From: Oscillospiraceae bacterium
GTDB lineage: Bacteria > Bacillota > Clostridia > Oscillospirales > Oscillospiraceae
Direction: 5' to 3'
Length of the DNA: 64,000 nt
Assembly (NCBI GenBank): GCA_009787995.1
Contig: WQSH01000001.1
Location: forward strand, 3,942 to 67,941
Both the position numbers and the translations under genes were made by a program. The notes under the pieces were generated by a model that saw only the letters and a list, made by a program, of their open reading frames with translations, did not search any database and was not told where the DNA came from. Below, piece after piece: positions 37,045 through 50,268 of this stretch (the stretch's first letter is position 1; each line of letters opens with the position of its first letter).

Positions 37045-38358
37045 ATGAATTCCGCCAGCGATGTTTGGGACAAAGTGCTTACAATACTTAGGAACGACCT
37101 GAGCGAAACAGCACTCTCAACTTGGTTCGATGACTGCCGCGCCGTCCAAATTGAAAACAACCGTTTTTTCATACATACACCTTCTGTGTATAAAAAGAGC
37201 ATTCTCGATGGCCGCTTTATCGGGACGATTAAAGGTGCGCTCGGAGAACTATTTTCTAGTGACTTTGAAGTTATCGTTCTTGACGACGATGGACTCAAGG
37301 TAATGACAGAAGCTGCTGACAAGTCCGAATATTCCCTCTCCGATGAATATACATTTGAGAATTTTGTTGTCGGAAACTCAAATAAATTCGCCCATGCAGC
37401 CGCCCTTGCTGTCAGCGATGGAAATTCTAAAAAAGGCTACAACCCACTTTTCATATACGGCGAATCTGGCTTAGGAAAAACTCACCTATTGCACGCCATA
37501 CGCCACTCTATTTCAAAAAAATTCCCCCATTACAAAATTGTGTATGTAAAAAGCGAGGATTTTTTAAACGAGCTTGTCGCAGCCATCCGAAAAGGCTGGA
37601 TGACTGAGTTTCGCGAGAAGTACCGCGGCGCAGACCTGCTTCTGATGGACGACATACAGTTTATAGCAGGCAAAATGGAAACCCAAGAGGAATTTTTTAA
37701 CACATTCAATGCGCTGTATGAAGTTGGCAAACAAATTGTGTTCACCTCTGATAGACCCCCTAGTGAAATACATCGTTTGGAAGATAGGATAAGAACAAGA
37801 TTTGAATCAGGGCTACCTGCAGATATTCAGCCACCCGACGAAGCGTTGCGCGTCGCTATTATCAGAAATAAAGCAGAGCAGCTTGGTGTTATTATGCCCG
37901 ACGACGTCGTAGACTATATTGCAGAAAATCTTGACTCAAACGTAAGGCAACTCGAGGGCGCCGTAAAAATGATTATCGCATACCGAGACATAATGAACGA
38001 AAACATAACCGTAGCAACTGTAACACAGCGACTCAAAGATATGTTCAAAGGCTCTAAAGACTCACTGCCCACCACAGACACTATAATTGAAGAAACTGCA
38101 AGATACTACGCCCTTACATCTGACGACCTCAGAAGCCAAAGCCGAAAGCGCGATACCACGCTCGCCAGGCAAATCGCAATGTACCTCATACGCAAACTGA
38201 CAAACCTATCCCTAAAGGAAACCGGAGCGGTATTTGAAGGCCGTGACCACACGACTGTCATGTCTTCTATCAGCAAAGTTGAATCTTTCCTAAAGGACTC
38301 TCCAGATTTTTCCAACATTATTCGGGATATAACATCAAACATAAACTCAAAAAGCTGA
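37045..38358 (+). CDS. dnaA: Chromosomal replication initiator DnaA
   Basis: AAA+ Walker A YGESGLGKTHLL, Walker B LLLMDDIQF, and the domain IV DNA-binding helix (RDHTTVMSSISKV). Confidence 0.98.
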   Translation: MNSASDVWDKVLTILRNDLSETALSTWFDDCRAVQIENNRFFIHTPSVYKKSILDGRFIGTIKGALGELFSSDFEVIVLDDDGLKVMTEAADKSEYSLSDEYTFENFVVGNSNKFAHAAALAVSDGNSKKGYNPLFIYGESGLGKTHLLHAIRHSISKKFPHYKIVYVKSEDFLNELVAAIRKGWMTEFREKYRGADLLLMDDIQFIAGKMETQEEFFNTFNALYEVGKQIVFTSDRPPSEIHRLEDRIRTRFESGLPADIQPPDEALRVAIIRNKAEQLGVIMPDDVVDYIAENLDSNVRQLEGAVKMIIAYRDIMNENITVATVTQRLKDMFKGSKDSLPTTDTIIEETARYYALTSDDLRSQSRKRDTTLARQIAMYLIRKLTNLSLKETGAVFEGRDHTTVMSSISKVESFLKDSPDFSNIIRDITSNINSKS

Positions 38359-38414
38359 CCTAATCACCCCGTCACATCCTTCAACATTTACACACACATT
38401 TGCTGTTAGCACAC

Positions 38415-38423
38415 TGTGGATAA
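38415..38423. promoter_or_regulatory. Consensus DnaA box (TGTGGATAA)
   Basis: Exact reverse complement of TTATCCACA. Confidence 0.8.
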
Positions 38424-38548
38424 TTTTTACTCACATTTCAAAAAGAAAAATCCTCATTTTTTTCCACATTTTTGTGAGTGACGAAATATAGCATTTACAA
38501 CAGTTTTTTACTGTTTTCCACATAAATCTCTACTACTACTGATACTTC

Positions 38549-38579
38549 TATTATTATTATATATATAATAATATATTTT
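38549..38579. other. AT-only tract, DNA unwinding element candidate
   Basis: tattattattatatatataataatatatttt: 31 consecutive A/T, preceded by tac/tat trinucleotide iterations. Confidence 0.6.
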
Positions 38580-38656
38580 CGGGGTAATTTATCGTCACTT
38601 CTAAAGGCAAGAGGTTTCACCAAAACCTCACATCGTCAAAATGAAAGGAAAGTTAT

Positions 38657-39778
38657 ATGAAGTTTTCTTGCGAAAAGCTACTGCTGCTCGCTGCAATCCT
38701 CACTGCGTCACGAGGGGCGGCGACTAAAAGCCCGGTGCCCCTACTCGAAGGATTGTTGCTTGAAGCAGAGGATGGAAATGTTAGAATCTCCGGCTATGAT
38801 CTCAAGACGGGTATTGTGACCACTGTGCCTGCAGACGTGGATGTTCCAGGCGGAATAGTCTTAAACGCACGGCTATTTGGTGAAATAATTAGAAAAATGC
38901 CGGGGCAGTATGTTACTATCTCGGTCGATTCAGGTCATGTGGCCGAAATAAGCAGTGAAATGAGTGAATTTGAAATATTGGGATCCCCAACCTCAGATTA
39001 TCCAGAGCTCCCATCAGTTGACGGGCAGGACTCCTTGGAAATTAGTGAATCACTTCTTAAAAAAATGATTTCACAAACAAATTTTGCTGTAAGCGACAAT
39101 GAGTCCAGACCTATCCATACAGGTGCATTATTTGAAACCGGGGATGGCGAGCTTACTATAGTTGCAGTCGATGGATACAGGCTTGCGTTGCGCAGAGAAC
39201 CGTTGGAAAGCGGCGATGATGCTTCAGAGCTAAACTTTGTAGTCCCAGGTACAGCCTTGATAGAGGTAGAGAGAATCGTCTCAGACGGAGACGGCATAGT
39301 TAAGATAACGCTCGGTTCGAAGCATATTATGTTTTCGATTGGCGATACACTGCTAATTTCTCGCAGGCTTGAGGGCGAGTTTTTAAGCTATAAAAATTCG
39401 ATTCCGCAGTCGGCTAACTTTCAAATCAAGGTTGATAAAGAGGCTTTTATTTCGGCAGTTGAACGTGTATCGCTTATAATTAGCGACAAACTCAAAACCC
39501 CTGTGAGATGCGTGTTTGGAGATGGGGTAGTCAACCTATTTTCAGCATCATCCCTAGGCAAGGCGAGCGATGAATGTGAAACGGACGGAAATGGAGAAGA
39601 CCTTGAGATAGCTTTTAACGACAAATATTTGCTTGAAGCTTTGAAAGCGGCACCTGCTGATAAAGTAAACATTGAGCTTAATACCGGAGTGCTGCCGTGC
39701 ATAATTTCTCCAGCAGGAGAAGAAAATAATTTCCTCTACATGATACTTCCAATCAGGCTAAAGGCATATGAAGGGTAG
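38657..39778 (+). CDS. dnaN: DNA polymerase III beta sliding clamp
   Basis: 373-aa protein with a typical DnaN N-terminus ([10 protein letters not shown]...) and canonical position after dnaA. Confidence 0.97.
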   Translation: MKFSCEKLLLLAAILTASRGAATKSPVPLLEGLLLEAEDGNVRISGYDLKTGIVTTVPADVDVPGGIVLNARLFGEIIRKMPGQYVTISVDSGHVAEISSEMSEFEILGSPTSDYPELPSVDGQDSLEISESLLKKMISQTNFAVSDNESRPIHTGALFETGDGELTIVAVDGYRLALRREPLESGDDASELNFVVPGTALIEVERIVSDGDGIVKITLGSKHIMFSIGDTLLISRRLEGEFLSYKNSIPQSANFQIKVDKEAFISAVERVSLIISDKLKTPVRCVFGDGVVNLFSASSLGKASDECETDGNGEDLEIAFNDKYLLEALKAAPADKVNIELNTGVLPCIISPAGEENNFLYMILPIRLKAYEG

Positions 39779-40070
39779 CAGCTCCAATAGTGGCGGTAAT
39801 AACCGTATCTTGCTCAGCGGTGTGAGACGAATTTCCATATCAAGCGAGTTCATAAAGCTTGACGCACTCCTAAAATTTGCATCAATTGCGTCGACAGGCG
39901 GGGAAGCTAAGGTTCTTATCCAAAACGGTGATATCTTTGTCGGAGGCGAGCTGTGTACTCAGAGAGGCAAGAAAATACGCCATGGGGACACAGTACGGCA
40001 TGGAAGCACGACATTGATTGTAAAATCCGTTAAGGTACCCCAAAGGGAGAAAGTTAGCGATAACATATGA
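39768..40070 (+). CDS. yaaA: S4-domain RNA-binding protein YaaA
   Basis: [46 protein letters not shown]. Conserved dnaN-yaaA-recF position. The true start may be the internal GTG at 39822. Confidence 0.8.
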   Translation: MKGSSSNSGGNNRILLSGVRRISISSEFIKLDALLKFASIASTGGEAKVLIQNGDIFVGGELCTQRGKKIRHGDTVRHGSTTLIVKSVKVPQREKVSDNI

Positions 40071-41203
40071 TTGTCAATGAGATAAGCCTCGATGCATTTC
40101 GTAACTACAGTGCTGAGACGGTGAGGTTTGAAGAAGGCGTAAACGTTATAGTGGGCAAAAATGCTCAAGGGAAAACAAATCTTATCGAAGCGATTTACTA
40201 CATAACGGCAGGAAAATCATTTCGCCCCGCAACAGATAAGGATTTAATTTCCTTTAAATGTGAGACAGCAAGCGTTAAAGCAAGCGTAGAATCTATAGGG
40301 AGGCAGCAGTCGCTTGAAATTCGCCTTTTTCGTAGGCGACGGCGGGAATTATATGCCAATGGCGCCAAGCTTAAAAAAACGATTGAACTTACCGGACGGT
40401 TAACATCGGTAATGTTCGGGCCAGATGATTTGAACATGATTAAGGATGGCGCTGTGGTCAGAAGAAAACTAATGGATCATAGCCTGTCGCAGCTGCGCCC
40501 CGGGTATCTTGCGGCTTTAACGGAATTTAACAAGCTCCATGAGCATAAAACGCGTATACTAAAACATTACCGCGAAAAGCCTTCGTTATTGGAGCTGCTT
40601 GACGACTATGACTTGCGGCTTGCAGAGCAAAGTGCGCGGCTAATATATTATAGAACAGCATTTGCTGCGGGCATATCTCGCAGGGCTGCGAGTATTCACA
40701 GGGACTTTTCCGATGGTACTGAGGAACTAAGTATCCGCTACAAAACAGTTGGCTCGAACGATTTTTCAGGAAAAAAACCAGATCAAATATTGCCTGAGCT
40801 TATAAAGCATCAGCAAGAGCACCGTCAAGCCGAGCTGCATTCGGGCTATTGCCTTTCTGGTGCACATAAGGACGATTTGGAGATATATATAAATGGAATC
40901 CCTGCAAGAAAATACGCTTCACAAGGCCAGGCAAGGACGGCGGCTGTTTCAGTCAAGCTTGCCGAGCGGGATATCCACTACGATGACAAGGGCGAATATC
41001 CTATCCTCCTGCTTGACGATGTTCTGTCTGAACTGGATCAGAAGCGGCAAAGCTTTATTCTAGACAAGATTACTGACGGACAGGTTTTAATTACTTGTTG
41101 TGATGAAAATGAAGCTTTGAGCGCATTTGGCGGTTCAGTGCTCAGGATAGAAAATGGGAAGTTGAAAGAAAAAAATCCGGTGCGTAACGTCGGATCCCTT
41201 TGA
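40067..41203 (+). CDS. recF: DNA replication and repair protein RecF
   Basis: Walker [14 protein letters not shown], signature [16 protein letters not shown], Walker [12 protein letters not shown]. Confidence 0.95.
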   Translation: MIVNEISLDAFRNYSAETVRFEEGVNVIVGKNAQGKTNLIEAIYYITAGKSFRPATDKDLISFKCETASVKASVESIGRQQSLEIRLFRRRRRELYANGAKLKKTIELTGRLTSVMFGPDDLNMIKDGAVVRRKLMDHSLSQLRPGYLAALTEFNKLHEHKTRILKHYREKPSLLELLDDYDLRLAEQSARLIYYRTAFAAGISRRAASIHRDFSDGTEELSIRYKTVGSNDFSGKKPDQILPELIKHQQEHRQAELHSGYCLSGAHKDDLEIYINGIPARKYASQGQARTAAVSVKLAERDIHYDDKGEYPILLLDDVLSELDQKRQSFILDKITDGQVLITCCDENEALSAFGGSVLRIENGKLKEKNPVRNVGSL

Positions 41204-41243
41204 GAATGGGGCAAAGAAAGATGATTAGGAGATTTAGAAAAAA

Positions 41244-41555
41244 GTGTATCTGCATCTTGGGCAAAGCATAGTTGTTCCGGAATCGACGGTTATAGGCATT
41301 TTCGATTTGGATAATACAACAAGCTCGCATATTACTCGCAAATTCCTTAGCGATGCGGAAAAGTCCGGATGCGTTGTAAGCGTGTCCGACGAGTTGCCGA
41401 GGTCGTTTGTTGTTTGCTGTGAAGAAGAAAAATCCCCGGCGCTTCGCACCACACATTTTGGAAAATGGAGTGAAGAGGAACGTAATTATGAAATGACAAT
41501 TTATTTATCGCAGCTTTCATCTCAGACATTGATGAAGCGGTCCAACTGGTTATAA
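41244..41555 (+). CDS. remB: DUF370 protein (RemB/YaaB-like)
   Basis: The N-terminus ...GQSIVVPESTVIGIFDLD... is typical of DUF370. Canonical recF-remB-gyrB position. GTG start. Confidence 0.8.
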   Translation: MYLHLGQSIVVPESTVIGIFDLDNTTSSHITRKFLSDAEKSGCVVSVSDELPRSFVVCCEEEKSPALRTTHFGKWSEEERNYEMTIYLSQLSSQTLMKRSNWL

Positions 41556-41595
41556 AAAAGCGGTTGCCGGGCAGGCAATGGGATAAAATAAGTGA

Positions 41596-43557
<1,962 letters not shown>

Positions 43558-43568
43558 GAAGGAGATTT

Positions 43569-46085
43569 ATGCCTAAGAAGGAAAAAACGGGAGATATTTC
43601 ATTCCCCGAACAAAAAATAGTTCTGTCGCCGCTTGAGGAGGAAATGGAGCACTCCTTTCTGACTTATGCCATGTCGGTTATTATTGACAGGGCTTTGCCC
43701 GATGTGCGTGACGGATTAAAACCTATCCATCGGCGGATACTATATACGATGTATGAGAGCAATTTGACCATCGACAAACCATTTAGAAAAGCCGCTACCG
43801 CTGTCGGCGATATCATGGGCCGTTATCATCCGCATGGCGATGCGTCAATTTATGATGCGCTCGTCCGTATGGCGCAGGACTTTTCAATGCGGTATATGCT
43901 CATCTCAGGGCATGGCAACTTTGGCTCTGTTGACGGAGACCCTCCGGCAGCCATGCGTTATACCGAGGCGAGGTTATCGAAAATTTCCGATGAGATGCTT
44001 CGGGACATCGACAAGGAAACCGTTGACTGGAAGCCAAACTATGACGAAACGCGCAAACAGCCGCACGTGCTTCCAAGCAGATTTCCAAACTTGTTGTGCA
44101 ATGGCTCGAGCGGCATTGCGGTTGGAATGACGACTAACATCCCCCCGCATAATCTGACAGAGGTTATTAATGCCGTGATTTGCGTTATGAACAACCCCGA
44201 GGCTGAACTGGACGACATCATGGAGCATATTTCCGGGCCGGATTTCCCGACTAGGGGAATTATAATGGGCAGGGCGGGCATAAGGGCGGCATATGCCACC
44301 GGCCGCGGGCGCATACGTGTCCGCGCGCGGACGGAGATGGAAGAGTTCTCTAATGGACGCACACGCATAATTGTGAGCGAACTACCATATCAGGTAAATA
44401 AGACGCGCCTGCTTGAGGCAATTGCCGAGAATGTGAAAAATAAGCGGATTGAAGGCATTTCCGCAATGCGCGACGAATCTGACAGGGATGGAATGCGCAT
44501 AGTCATTGAGCTAAAGCGTGACGCAAACGCTCAAGTCGTGCTCAACCGCCTGTACACGCAGACTCAGTTGCAGACGACGTTTGCAATTGTCATGCTTGCG
44601 CTTGTTGACGACCAATCACAGCCGCGCATCCTGTCGCTCAGGCAGATGCTCGACGAGTATATTGCATTTCAACGGGGGATTTTGCGCCGCCGTACGGAGT
44701 ACGAACTGAAAAAAGCGCGTGAGCGCGCACATATCCTCGAGGGGCTGCGCATCGCCTGCGACAACATTGATGAAGTTATCCGCATCATCCGCACGAGCTA
44801 CAACGACGCCAAGGAGCGTTTGATGGAGCGATTCGAACTCTCTGAAATTCAGGCTCAGGCTATATTGGAGATGCGGCTAAGAAGTTTGCAGGGGCTTGAG
44901 ATTGAAAAAATAGAGAAAGAATACGCAGAGCTTCAAGAGAAGATAGCATATTATCTAAAGCTATTGGGCGACCAGAAGCTGCTCGACGAGGTTTTCATTG
45001 AGGAAATAATAGAGATTAGGGACAGATACGGAGATGAGCGCCGGACTGAGATTGCCATTGTCGAAGATGAGATAGACATTGAAGATCTAATAGATGAAGA
45101 AGAGTGTGTTTACACCCTGACCCACGCAGGGTATATTAAGCGTCAGCCCGCCAGCACCTATAGGTCTCAAAGGCGCGGCGGACGTGGTATAATGGCCATG
45201 ACCACCCGGGAGGAGGACTACGTTGAGACGCTGTTTACCGCCTCTACGCATGACTATATCCTGTTTTTTTCCAATTATGGCAGGGTATACCGTAAAAAAG
45301 GGTATCTAATACCTGAAGCCGGGCGGCAGGCGAGGGGAACGAATATCGTAAACATCCTGCCGATGGAGCAAGGAGAAAAAGTGACCGCAATGATTCGCAT
45401 GAGAGAGCTTGACGAGGACGCATACCTAGTCATGGTGACGCGAGGCGGGACAGTCAAACGGATGAGGGCGAAGGAATTGCGCAATGTGAAAAATGTCGGC
45501 ATTCGCGCGCTGACCCTCGCTGAGGACGATGAACTGATTTCCGTGCGCGACACTGACGGAAAGCAGAAAATACTAATTGCTACACACAATGGCATGGCGA
45601 TATTCTTCAATGAAACCGACGTCAGGCCTACAGGCAGGGCCGCAGCGGGCGTGCGGGGGATACGTCTGCGCAAGGGCGATTATTGCATAGGCGCAGCTCG
45701 TGCCAGAGAGGGCGGAACGCTCTTGACTGTGACGAGAAACGGATATGGAAAGAGGACGGAGATTAGCGAGTACTTGCGCGGCGAAGAAGGCGGGGTGCAG
45801 AGCCGAGGCGGATATGGGAAGAAGAATTATCTAATAACCGAAAAGACAGGCAAGGTCGTGGACGTCAAGGTAGTAGATGAGCAGGATGACGTGCTGATAA
45901 TCTCTGACGACGGAACCATCATACGCATGGCGGCATCTGATATAAACATTATAAGCCGGGCCACGCAGGGGGTAAGGTTGATGCGGACTTCTGAAGACGC
46001 AAACGTAATCTCGATTGCGCGCACGGAAAAAGAAGAGGACACAGAGGATGCTGTTGAAGAGCCCATTACCGAAGATAAAACATAA
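43569..46085 (+). CDS. gyrA: DNA gyrase subunit A
   Basis: Quinolone-resistance-region context ([17 protein letters not shown]) and active-site AAMRYTE. C-terminal beta-pinwheel repeats. Confidence 0.98.
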   Translation: MPKKEKTGDISFPEQKIVLSPLEEEMEHSFLTYAMSVIIDRALPDVRDGLKPIHRRILYTMYESNLTIDKPFRKAATAVGDIMGRYHPHGDASIYDALVRMAQDFSMRYMLISGHGNFGSVDGDPPAAMRYTEARLSKISDEMLRDIDKETVDWKPNYDETRKQPHVLPSRFPNLLCNGSSGIAVGMTTNIPPHNLTEVINAVICVMNNPEAELDDIMEHISGPDFPTRGIIMGRAGIRAAYATGRGRIRVRARTEMEEFSNGRTRIIVSELPYQVNKTRLLEAIAENVKNKRIEGISAMRDESDRDGMRIVIELKRDANAQVVLNRLYTQTQLQTTFAIVMLALVDDQSQPRILSLRQMLDEYIAFQRGILRRRTEYELKKARERAHILEGLRIACDNIDEVIRIIRTSYNDAKERLMERFELSEIQAQAILEMRLRSLQGLEIEKIEKEYAELQEKIAYYLKLLGDQKLLDEVFIEEIIEIRDRYGDERRTEIAIVEDEIDIEDLIDEEECVYTLTHAGYIKRQPASTYRSQRRGGRGIMAMTTREEDYVETLFTASTHDYILFFSNYGRVYRKKGYLIPEAGRQARGTNIVNILPMEQGEKVTAMIRMRELDEDAYLVMVTRGGTVKRMRAKELRNVKNVGIRALTLAEDDELISVRDTDGKQKILIATHNGMAIFFNETDVRPTGRAAAGVRGIRLRKGDYCIGAARAREGGTLLTVTRNGYGKRTEISEYLRGEEGGVQSRGGYGKKNYLITEKTGKVVDVKVVDEQDDVLIISDDGTIIRMAASDINIISRATQGVRLMRTSEDANVISIARTEKEEDTEDAVEEPITEDKT

Positions 46086-46102
46086 TTATCGGAGGTACCC
46101 TA

Positions 46103-46549
46103 ATGAAAAAAGTCACAATTTACACAGATGGCGCATGCAGCGGCAATCCCGGCCCGGGAGGCTGGGGCGCAGTGCTAATGTATGGCGAAGCAAAAAGGGA
46201 ACTCAGTGGCGGAGAGCCGAGCACAACAAATAACCGCATGGAGCTGATGTCGGTCATATCGGCGCTTCAAGCCCTGAAGGAACCTTGCGAAGTCAAGCTG
46301 TTTACCGATTCGCAGTATGTTTCAAACGCCATAAACCTAGGCTGGTTGGATTCCTGGCGCAGGAAGGGGTGGAAGCGCAAGGGTGGCGACGTAAAAAACC
46401 CCGATCTTTGGATAAAGCTGGTTCCGCTCATAGAAAAGCACGATGTCAAGTTCAACTGGGTCAAGGGGCATGCAGACAACGAACACAACAACCGCTGCGA
46501 TGAATTAGCAGTAGCCGAGGCGCAACGATTGAAAAACGAATTAAGATGA
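46103..46549 (+). CDS. rnhA: Ribonuclease HI
   Basis: [22 protein letters not shown], and DSQYV...[14 protein letters not shown]. Confidence 0.9.
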   Translation: MKKVTIYTDGACSGNPGPGGWGAVLMYGEAKRELSGGEPSTTNNRMELMSVISALQALKEPCEVKLFTDSQYVSNAINLGWLDSWRRKGWKRKGGDVKNPDLWIKLVPLIEKHDVKFNWVKGHADNEHNNRCDELAVAEAQRLKNELR

Positions 46550-46568
46550 ATCGAGCGGGGGAATCATA

Positions 46569-46937
46569 ATGACAGCCGGTATAATGGACATCTTAGGTGC
46601 GGTGGGCGAAATTGAAGTGATTATAATCAGGGTTGCAATAATCCTCTGCGACATGATTGGTGTACTGGTTCTCATGGTCACTGTGGGCAAGAGCATCTGG
46701 AATTATTTTCACCGCGACCGCCACGTCAAGCTGATGCTCGCCCAAGGAATCGCCCTAGCCCTTGAATTCAAGCTAGCCGGAGAGGTTTTGCGCACGGTGA
46801 CGGTGCGCGACTGGAACGAGCTTGTAATATTAGGAACAATCATAGCATTGCGCGGAGCTATAACATTGCTGATTCACTGGGAAATCAAGGCAGAAAAAGC
46901 CGAGCAGAAAAAAGAGCAAAAAAAGGGGCTGGAATAG
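46569..46937 (+). CDS. DUF1622 membrane protein
   Basis: The small membrane protein pattern (...GIALALEFKLAGEVLRTV...) recalls DUF1622. Confidence 0.6.
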   Translation: MTAGIMDILGAVGEIEVIIIRVAIILCDMIGVLVLMVTVGKSIWNYFHRDRHVKLMLAQGIALALEFKLAGEVLRTVTVRDWNELVILGTIIALRGAITLLIHWEIKAEKAEQKKEQKKGLE

Positions 46938-46988
46938 AGCGATCCTCAAGCCCCCTTGTCGATAAATTAATTTATGCAACTCATGCAA

Positions 46989-48410
46989 TCATGCAAAAAG
47001 CGCCCTTGCTATATGCACCCCGGCGGCGCCCGCTTGGGCCAGCCCCCGGGTTATTCCTGCGCCATCGCCCGCACAGTATAGGTTTGGGATGGAGGTTTGC
47101 AGATTTTCGTTTAGGTCTGGGCGGGCGGAGTAGAATTTTGCTTCAACGCCGTAGAAAAGCGTGTGCTCCGACGCAAATCCCGGGGTCACTTTGTCAAGTG
47201 CCCTTGTCATTTCGACTAAGCTTATCATTGTATTATAGGGCAGAACCAGCCCCAAATCCCCCGGCACAGCCTCTTTTAGCGTGGGCTCCAAAAAACCTTC
47301 GGCTATGCGCTTTTCAGTGGAGCGCCTGCCGCGTAAGATGTCTCCGAATTTTTGGATGATGAGGCCGCCACTGGACAAATCGTTGGCCCGCTTGCACACT
47401 TCGCGGGCATATTCATTGGGCTTGTTAAAGGGCTTTGTAAATATATGGGACACGAGGAGGGCGAAATTGGTATTTGTGGAGCCTAGCGCCGGGTCAAAGT
47501 AGGCGTGTCCATTTGCAGCAATAACGCCGCTGTGGTTTTCCACGACGACATAACCTGAGGGGTTGGCGCAGAACGTGCGCACAACCGAGCCAGTAGATGA
47601 GTTGAAAATGAGCTTTGCTTCATATAAATGGCGGTTGATGTCCTGCATTATCACGTTGGACGTTTCAGCACGCACGCCAATGTCCACTTGATTGCATATG
47701 ACGGGAATGCCCCGCTTTTCAAGGAGGCCTGCAAGCCATGCCGACCCATCTCTGCCGGGCGCAAGGATGATTTTTTTTCCAAGATACTCTTGCCCCATTT
47801 TAGTGGCCACACCTACAGCATGCTCTTGGCCGTCCTTTTCCGAGGTCAGGATATCTTCGACCTCTGTTTCGAAAAGCATCTCGATTCGCGTGCTCAAATC
47901 GTCGAATATTGACTGCATGACCTTGAGGTTCATCTCAGTGCCAAGATGTCGCACCTTGGCGCGCAGGAGCTTCAGTCCCGCCCCGTAAACCTTTTGCTCA
48001 ATACGGTTTACCTCGGGACTGTCAGGGTCCGTTATCTGCGGCGGTGCGCCGTGTGCTAGGTTTATTTCATCTACGTAATTAATCAGCTCGAGGAGCTTTG
48101 ATGCGGGCATATAGTCGCCCAACCAGCCGCCAAATTCAGATGTAATATTAAATTTGCCATCGGAATATGCCCCTGCGCCACCGAAGCCGCAGGTTATGGA
48201 ACAGGCGGGCTTGCATCCGGCTTTTCCCTGCTCGCCCGATGATGTGGGGCAGAGCCGGGCTTTTTTGCTTAGTATAGGGCATTTTCTGTTATAGATGTCG
48301 TTGCCTCTGTCGATAAGGAGGATTTTTGCAGACGGGGATAGCTTTGCAGCTTCCCATGCGGCAAAAATGCCGCATGGCCCGGCACCTACGATAATAAGAT
48401 CATATGCCAT
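46989..48410 (-). CDS. FAD-dependent oxidoreductase (COG2509-like)
   Basis: Rossmann motif DLIIVGAGPCG directly after the ATG at 48410 (Shine-Dalgarno GGGAAGGTGG); C-terminal GDGAGITRG. The open frame extends to 48530. Confidence 0.8.
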   Translation of the reverse strand: MAYDLIIVGAGPCGIFAAWEAAKLSPSAKILLIDRGNDIYNRKCPILSKKARLCPTSSGEQGKAGCKPACSITCGFGGAGAYSDGKFNITSEFGGWLGDYMPASKLLELINYVDEINLAHGAPPQITDPDSPEVNRIEQKVYGAGLKLLRAKVRHLGTEMNLKVMQSIFDDLSTRIEMLFETEVEDILTSEKDGQEHAVGVATKMGQEYLGKKIILAPGRDGSAWLAGLLEKRGIPVICNQVDIGVRAETSNVIMQDINRHLYEAKLIFNSSTGSVVRTFCANPSGYVVVENHSGVIAANGHAYFDPALGSTNTNFALLVSHIFTKPFNKPNEYAREVCKRANDLSSGGLIIQKFGDILRGRRSTEKRIAEGFLEPTLKEAVPGDLGLVLPYNTMISLVEMTRALDKVTPGFASEHTLFYGVEAKFYSARPDLNENLQTSIPNLYCAGDGAGITRGLAQAGAAGVHIARALFA

Positions 48411-48430
48411 GATGATGTTTCCACCTTCCC

Positions 48431-48907
48431 CTATATGAATTCTATCTCCAGTTTTTTGCCGCTGTCTCTCCAGTCTTGCTTCCACGGTATGAAGGCTTCG
48501 TTGTAGTCCTTGCCGAGAAACAGGTGGCAATAGCTTATGAGGTCACTTGAAAATTTCTCTTGCGGTGTGTCAAGCAGCACATCTATTTCACACCAGAAGT
48601 GGTCCCCTTCCGGCGAATCTTCAATGAGTTGTCCACTGTACTGCCGGGTTTTATATAGGAACACCAGGTATCTGTCATTTGTATCTACGTCGCACCAATG
48701 CACCAGGCCGCAAGGTTTAAGCTCTTTTATATCCAGCCCGGTTTCTTCCTTTATTTCACGTACGGCACAAGCATGAAAGTTTTCGCCATGCTCAACTTTC
48801 CCGCCCGGGAAGCTCCATCCCGGCCATTTCCTCTTCCGATTTTGTACCAACACTTCAAGTGTTTGGGGATTTTGAATCATTACCATCGTCGTTAGCTCAA
48901 CTGTCAT
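48431..48907 (-). CDS. NUDIX hydrolase
   Basis: Nudix box [24 protein letters not shown]. Likely ATG at 48907; the open frame extends to 49033. Confidence 0.85.
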   Translation of the reverse strand: MTVELTTMVMIQNPQTLEVLVQNRKRKWPGWSFPGGKVEHGENFHACAVREIKEETGLDIKELKPCGLVHWCDVDTNDRYLVFLYKTRQYSGQLIEDSPEGDHFWCEIDVLLDTPQEKFSSDLISYCHLFLGKDYNEAFIPWKQDWRDSGKKLEIEFI

Positions 48908-49244
48908 ACTCACCTCGGAATATAGAATATTTTGGCTTGCAAGTGTCAAAATGAGCAAAAACCAAGGCATCCACTGCATTTTCTTACAGGGCAGTGCATG
49001 AAAACACCCATGTACGGTGGCCTGTAACGCCACTTTGCCAGTATACCTATTGCGCCGTTTTTTTTCAAGCTAATTTTGGCTAGTGGCGGTGAAAAAGTGA
49101 AGCCGGCATTGAAATAAGCAATTAGAAGATGCATGAAGCCGCATGCGGGCGGAGCTGGCTGAGAGATGAGGCCATGTTGGCACACTAAGGAAGCTAGGCA
49201 AAGGGAAATGCGTTTGCATTTGGGGAAAGGAAAGGTTGGACATC

Positions 49245-49346
49245 ATGAAAAACAGGAGTCTGAAATTAGCTATTTTACTTCCCTCGCTCGCTGTATTGAT
49301 TATCGGAATCGCTATTCCGGGAAATACTAAGGCAGAGCGCCCGTAA
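49245..49346 (+). CDS. Possible 33-aa small membrane/secreted peptide
   Basis: MKNRSLKLAILLPSLAVLIIGIAIPGNTKAERP. A purine-rich stretch (ggaaaggaaaggttgg) lies upstream. There is no other support. Confidence 0.2.
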   Translation: MKNRSLKLAILLPSLAVLIIGIAIPGNTKAERP

Positions 49347-49396
49347 ATGGTCAAAGTGACCCTTGTTGTCCATTAAAAGCCGCACGCCATAAGCAA

Positions 49397-49434
49397 ATGC
49401 AGCCTGATTCGGGATATCCCCGATCAGGCTGCAT
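49397..49434 (-). terminator. Strong hairpin downstream of the minus-strand ABC-2 operon
   Basis: atgcagcctgattcggg / ccccgatcaggctgcat (~16 bp with a 1-nt bulge). On the minus strand it is followed by tttgctt. Confidence 0.5.
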
Positions 49435-49470
49435 TGCAAAGCCGGGAGCTGCAGATATAAGGGCGGACAG

Positions 49471-50268
49471 TTACTCCACAATGCCTTTTTTTCGGTATAC
49501 CAAGGCGAATAAAATACCCAGAACTGCAACATTTGCCCACATTATGGAGAAGGACTGCCAGAGGGGTGTGCCGCTGACTCCGTAGTTGAGGTAATCTGCG
49601 ATTACGTTAAGTTGTTGCGTGTAGAATATGTGGTAGATGTTTGCAATGCGCTCGTTCATTTGGGCGAAGATGGGGCCGAAGCCGAGCGCAATTGCGATGG
49701 GCATGGACAGCCCGGCTGCGGCCTGCACATTGCTGCTTAGGATTCCAATGGCAGCGCCCAGCACGATAGACCCTGCTACCGCAGACATCATTGCGCCCAT
49801 GAATATCAGCATTTCCACGCCGAAGAACGAACCCACCACCGAAAAGAGCATCGATGAAAAGAAGCTAAGGAAAAACACCACGCCGCCCACGCCGATGAGG
49901 TATGTGCTCGGCTTAACTCCCGCCATTGACAAAAACCGCAGGCTTTTGCGTTCGATGTCATCGGATATGATTGCCGCCACGACAGGGATAAGCCCCATTC
50001 CAGCGAAAATCGTCGCCTGCATAGTAACCATGTTTGGCATCGCCATTGCCATTTGCCCCGTGACTCCACTTATCATTTCGTCCAATATATATTGCGGCAA
50101 GGGCAACTGCGCAAAATATCCAGCCAAACTATCAATCATGCCATCTTGATCCATCATTGCACCAAGCGCAAGCGCTAAAAGCGGATATATCAGAAATTGT
50201 ATGAGAGACTCAGGGTTTGCCCCGGTAGCCTTCAGTTGTTTTTTGAAAATAGCTTTGGTTGCATTCAT
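49471..50268 (-). CDS. ABC-2 type transporter permease (paralog of 302..997)
   Basis: 265-aa polytopic membrane protein overlapping the ATPase stop. Confidence 0.8.
   Translation of the reverse strand: MNATKAIFKKQLKATGANPESLIQFLIYPLLALALGAMMDQDGMIDSLAGYFAQLPLPQYILDEMISGVTGQMAMAMPNMVTMQATIFAGMGLIPVVAAIISDDIERKSLRFLSMAGVKPSTYLIGVGGVVFFLSFFSSMLFSVVGSFFGVEMLIFMGAMMSAVAGSIVLGAAIGILSSNVQAAAGLSMPIAIALGFGPIFAQMNERIANIYHIFYTQQLNVIADYLNYGVSGTPLWQSFSIMWANVAVLGILFALVYRKKGIVE

Larger units (their letters stand above)
38359..38656. other. oriC: oriC candidate (dnaA-dnaN intergenic region)
   Basis: Perfect DnaA box TGTGGATAA (38415..38423). Two 1-mismatch boxes TTTTCCACA (38460..38468, 38514..38522). Two 2-mismatch boxes (38427..38435, 38589..38597). 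A 31-nt pure A/T tract (38549..38579) is a DNA-unwinding-element candidate. Confidence 0.75.
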
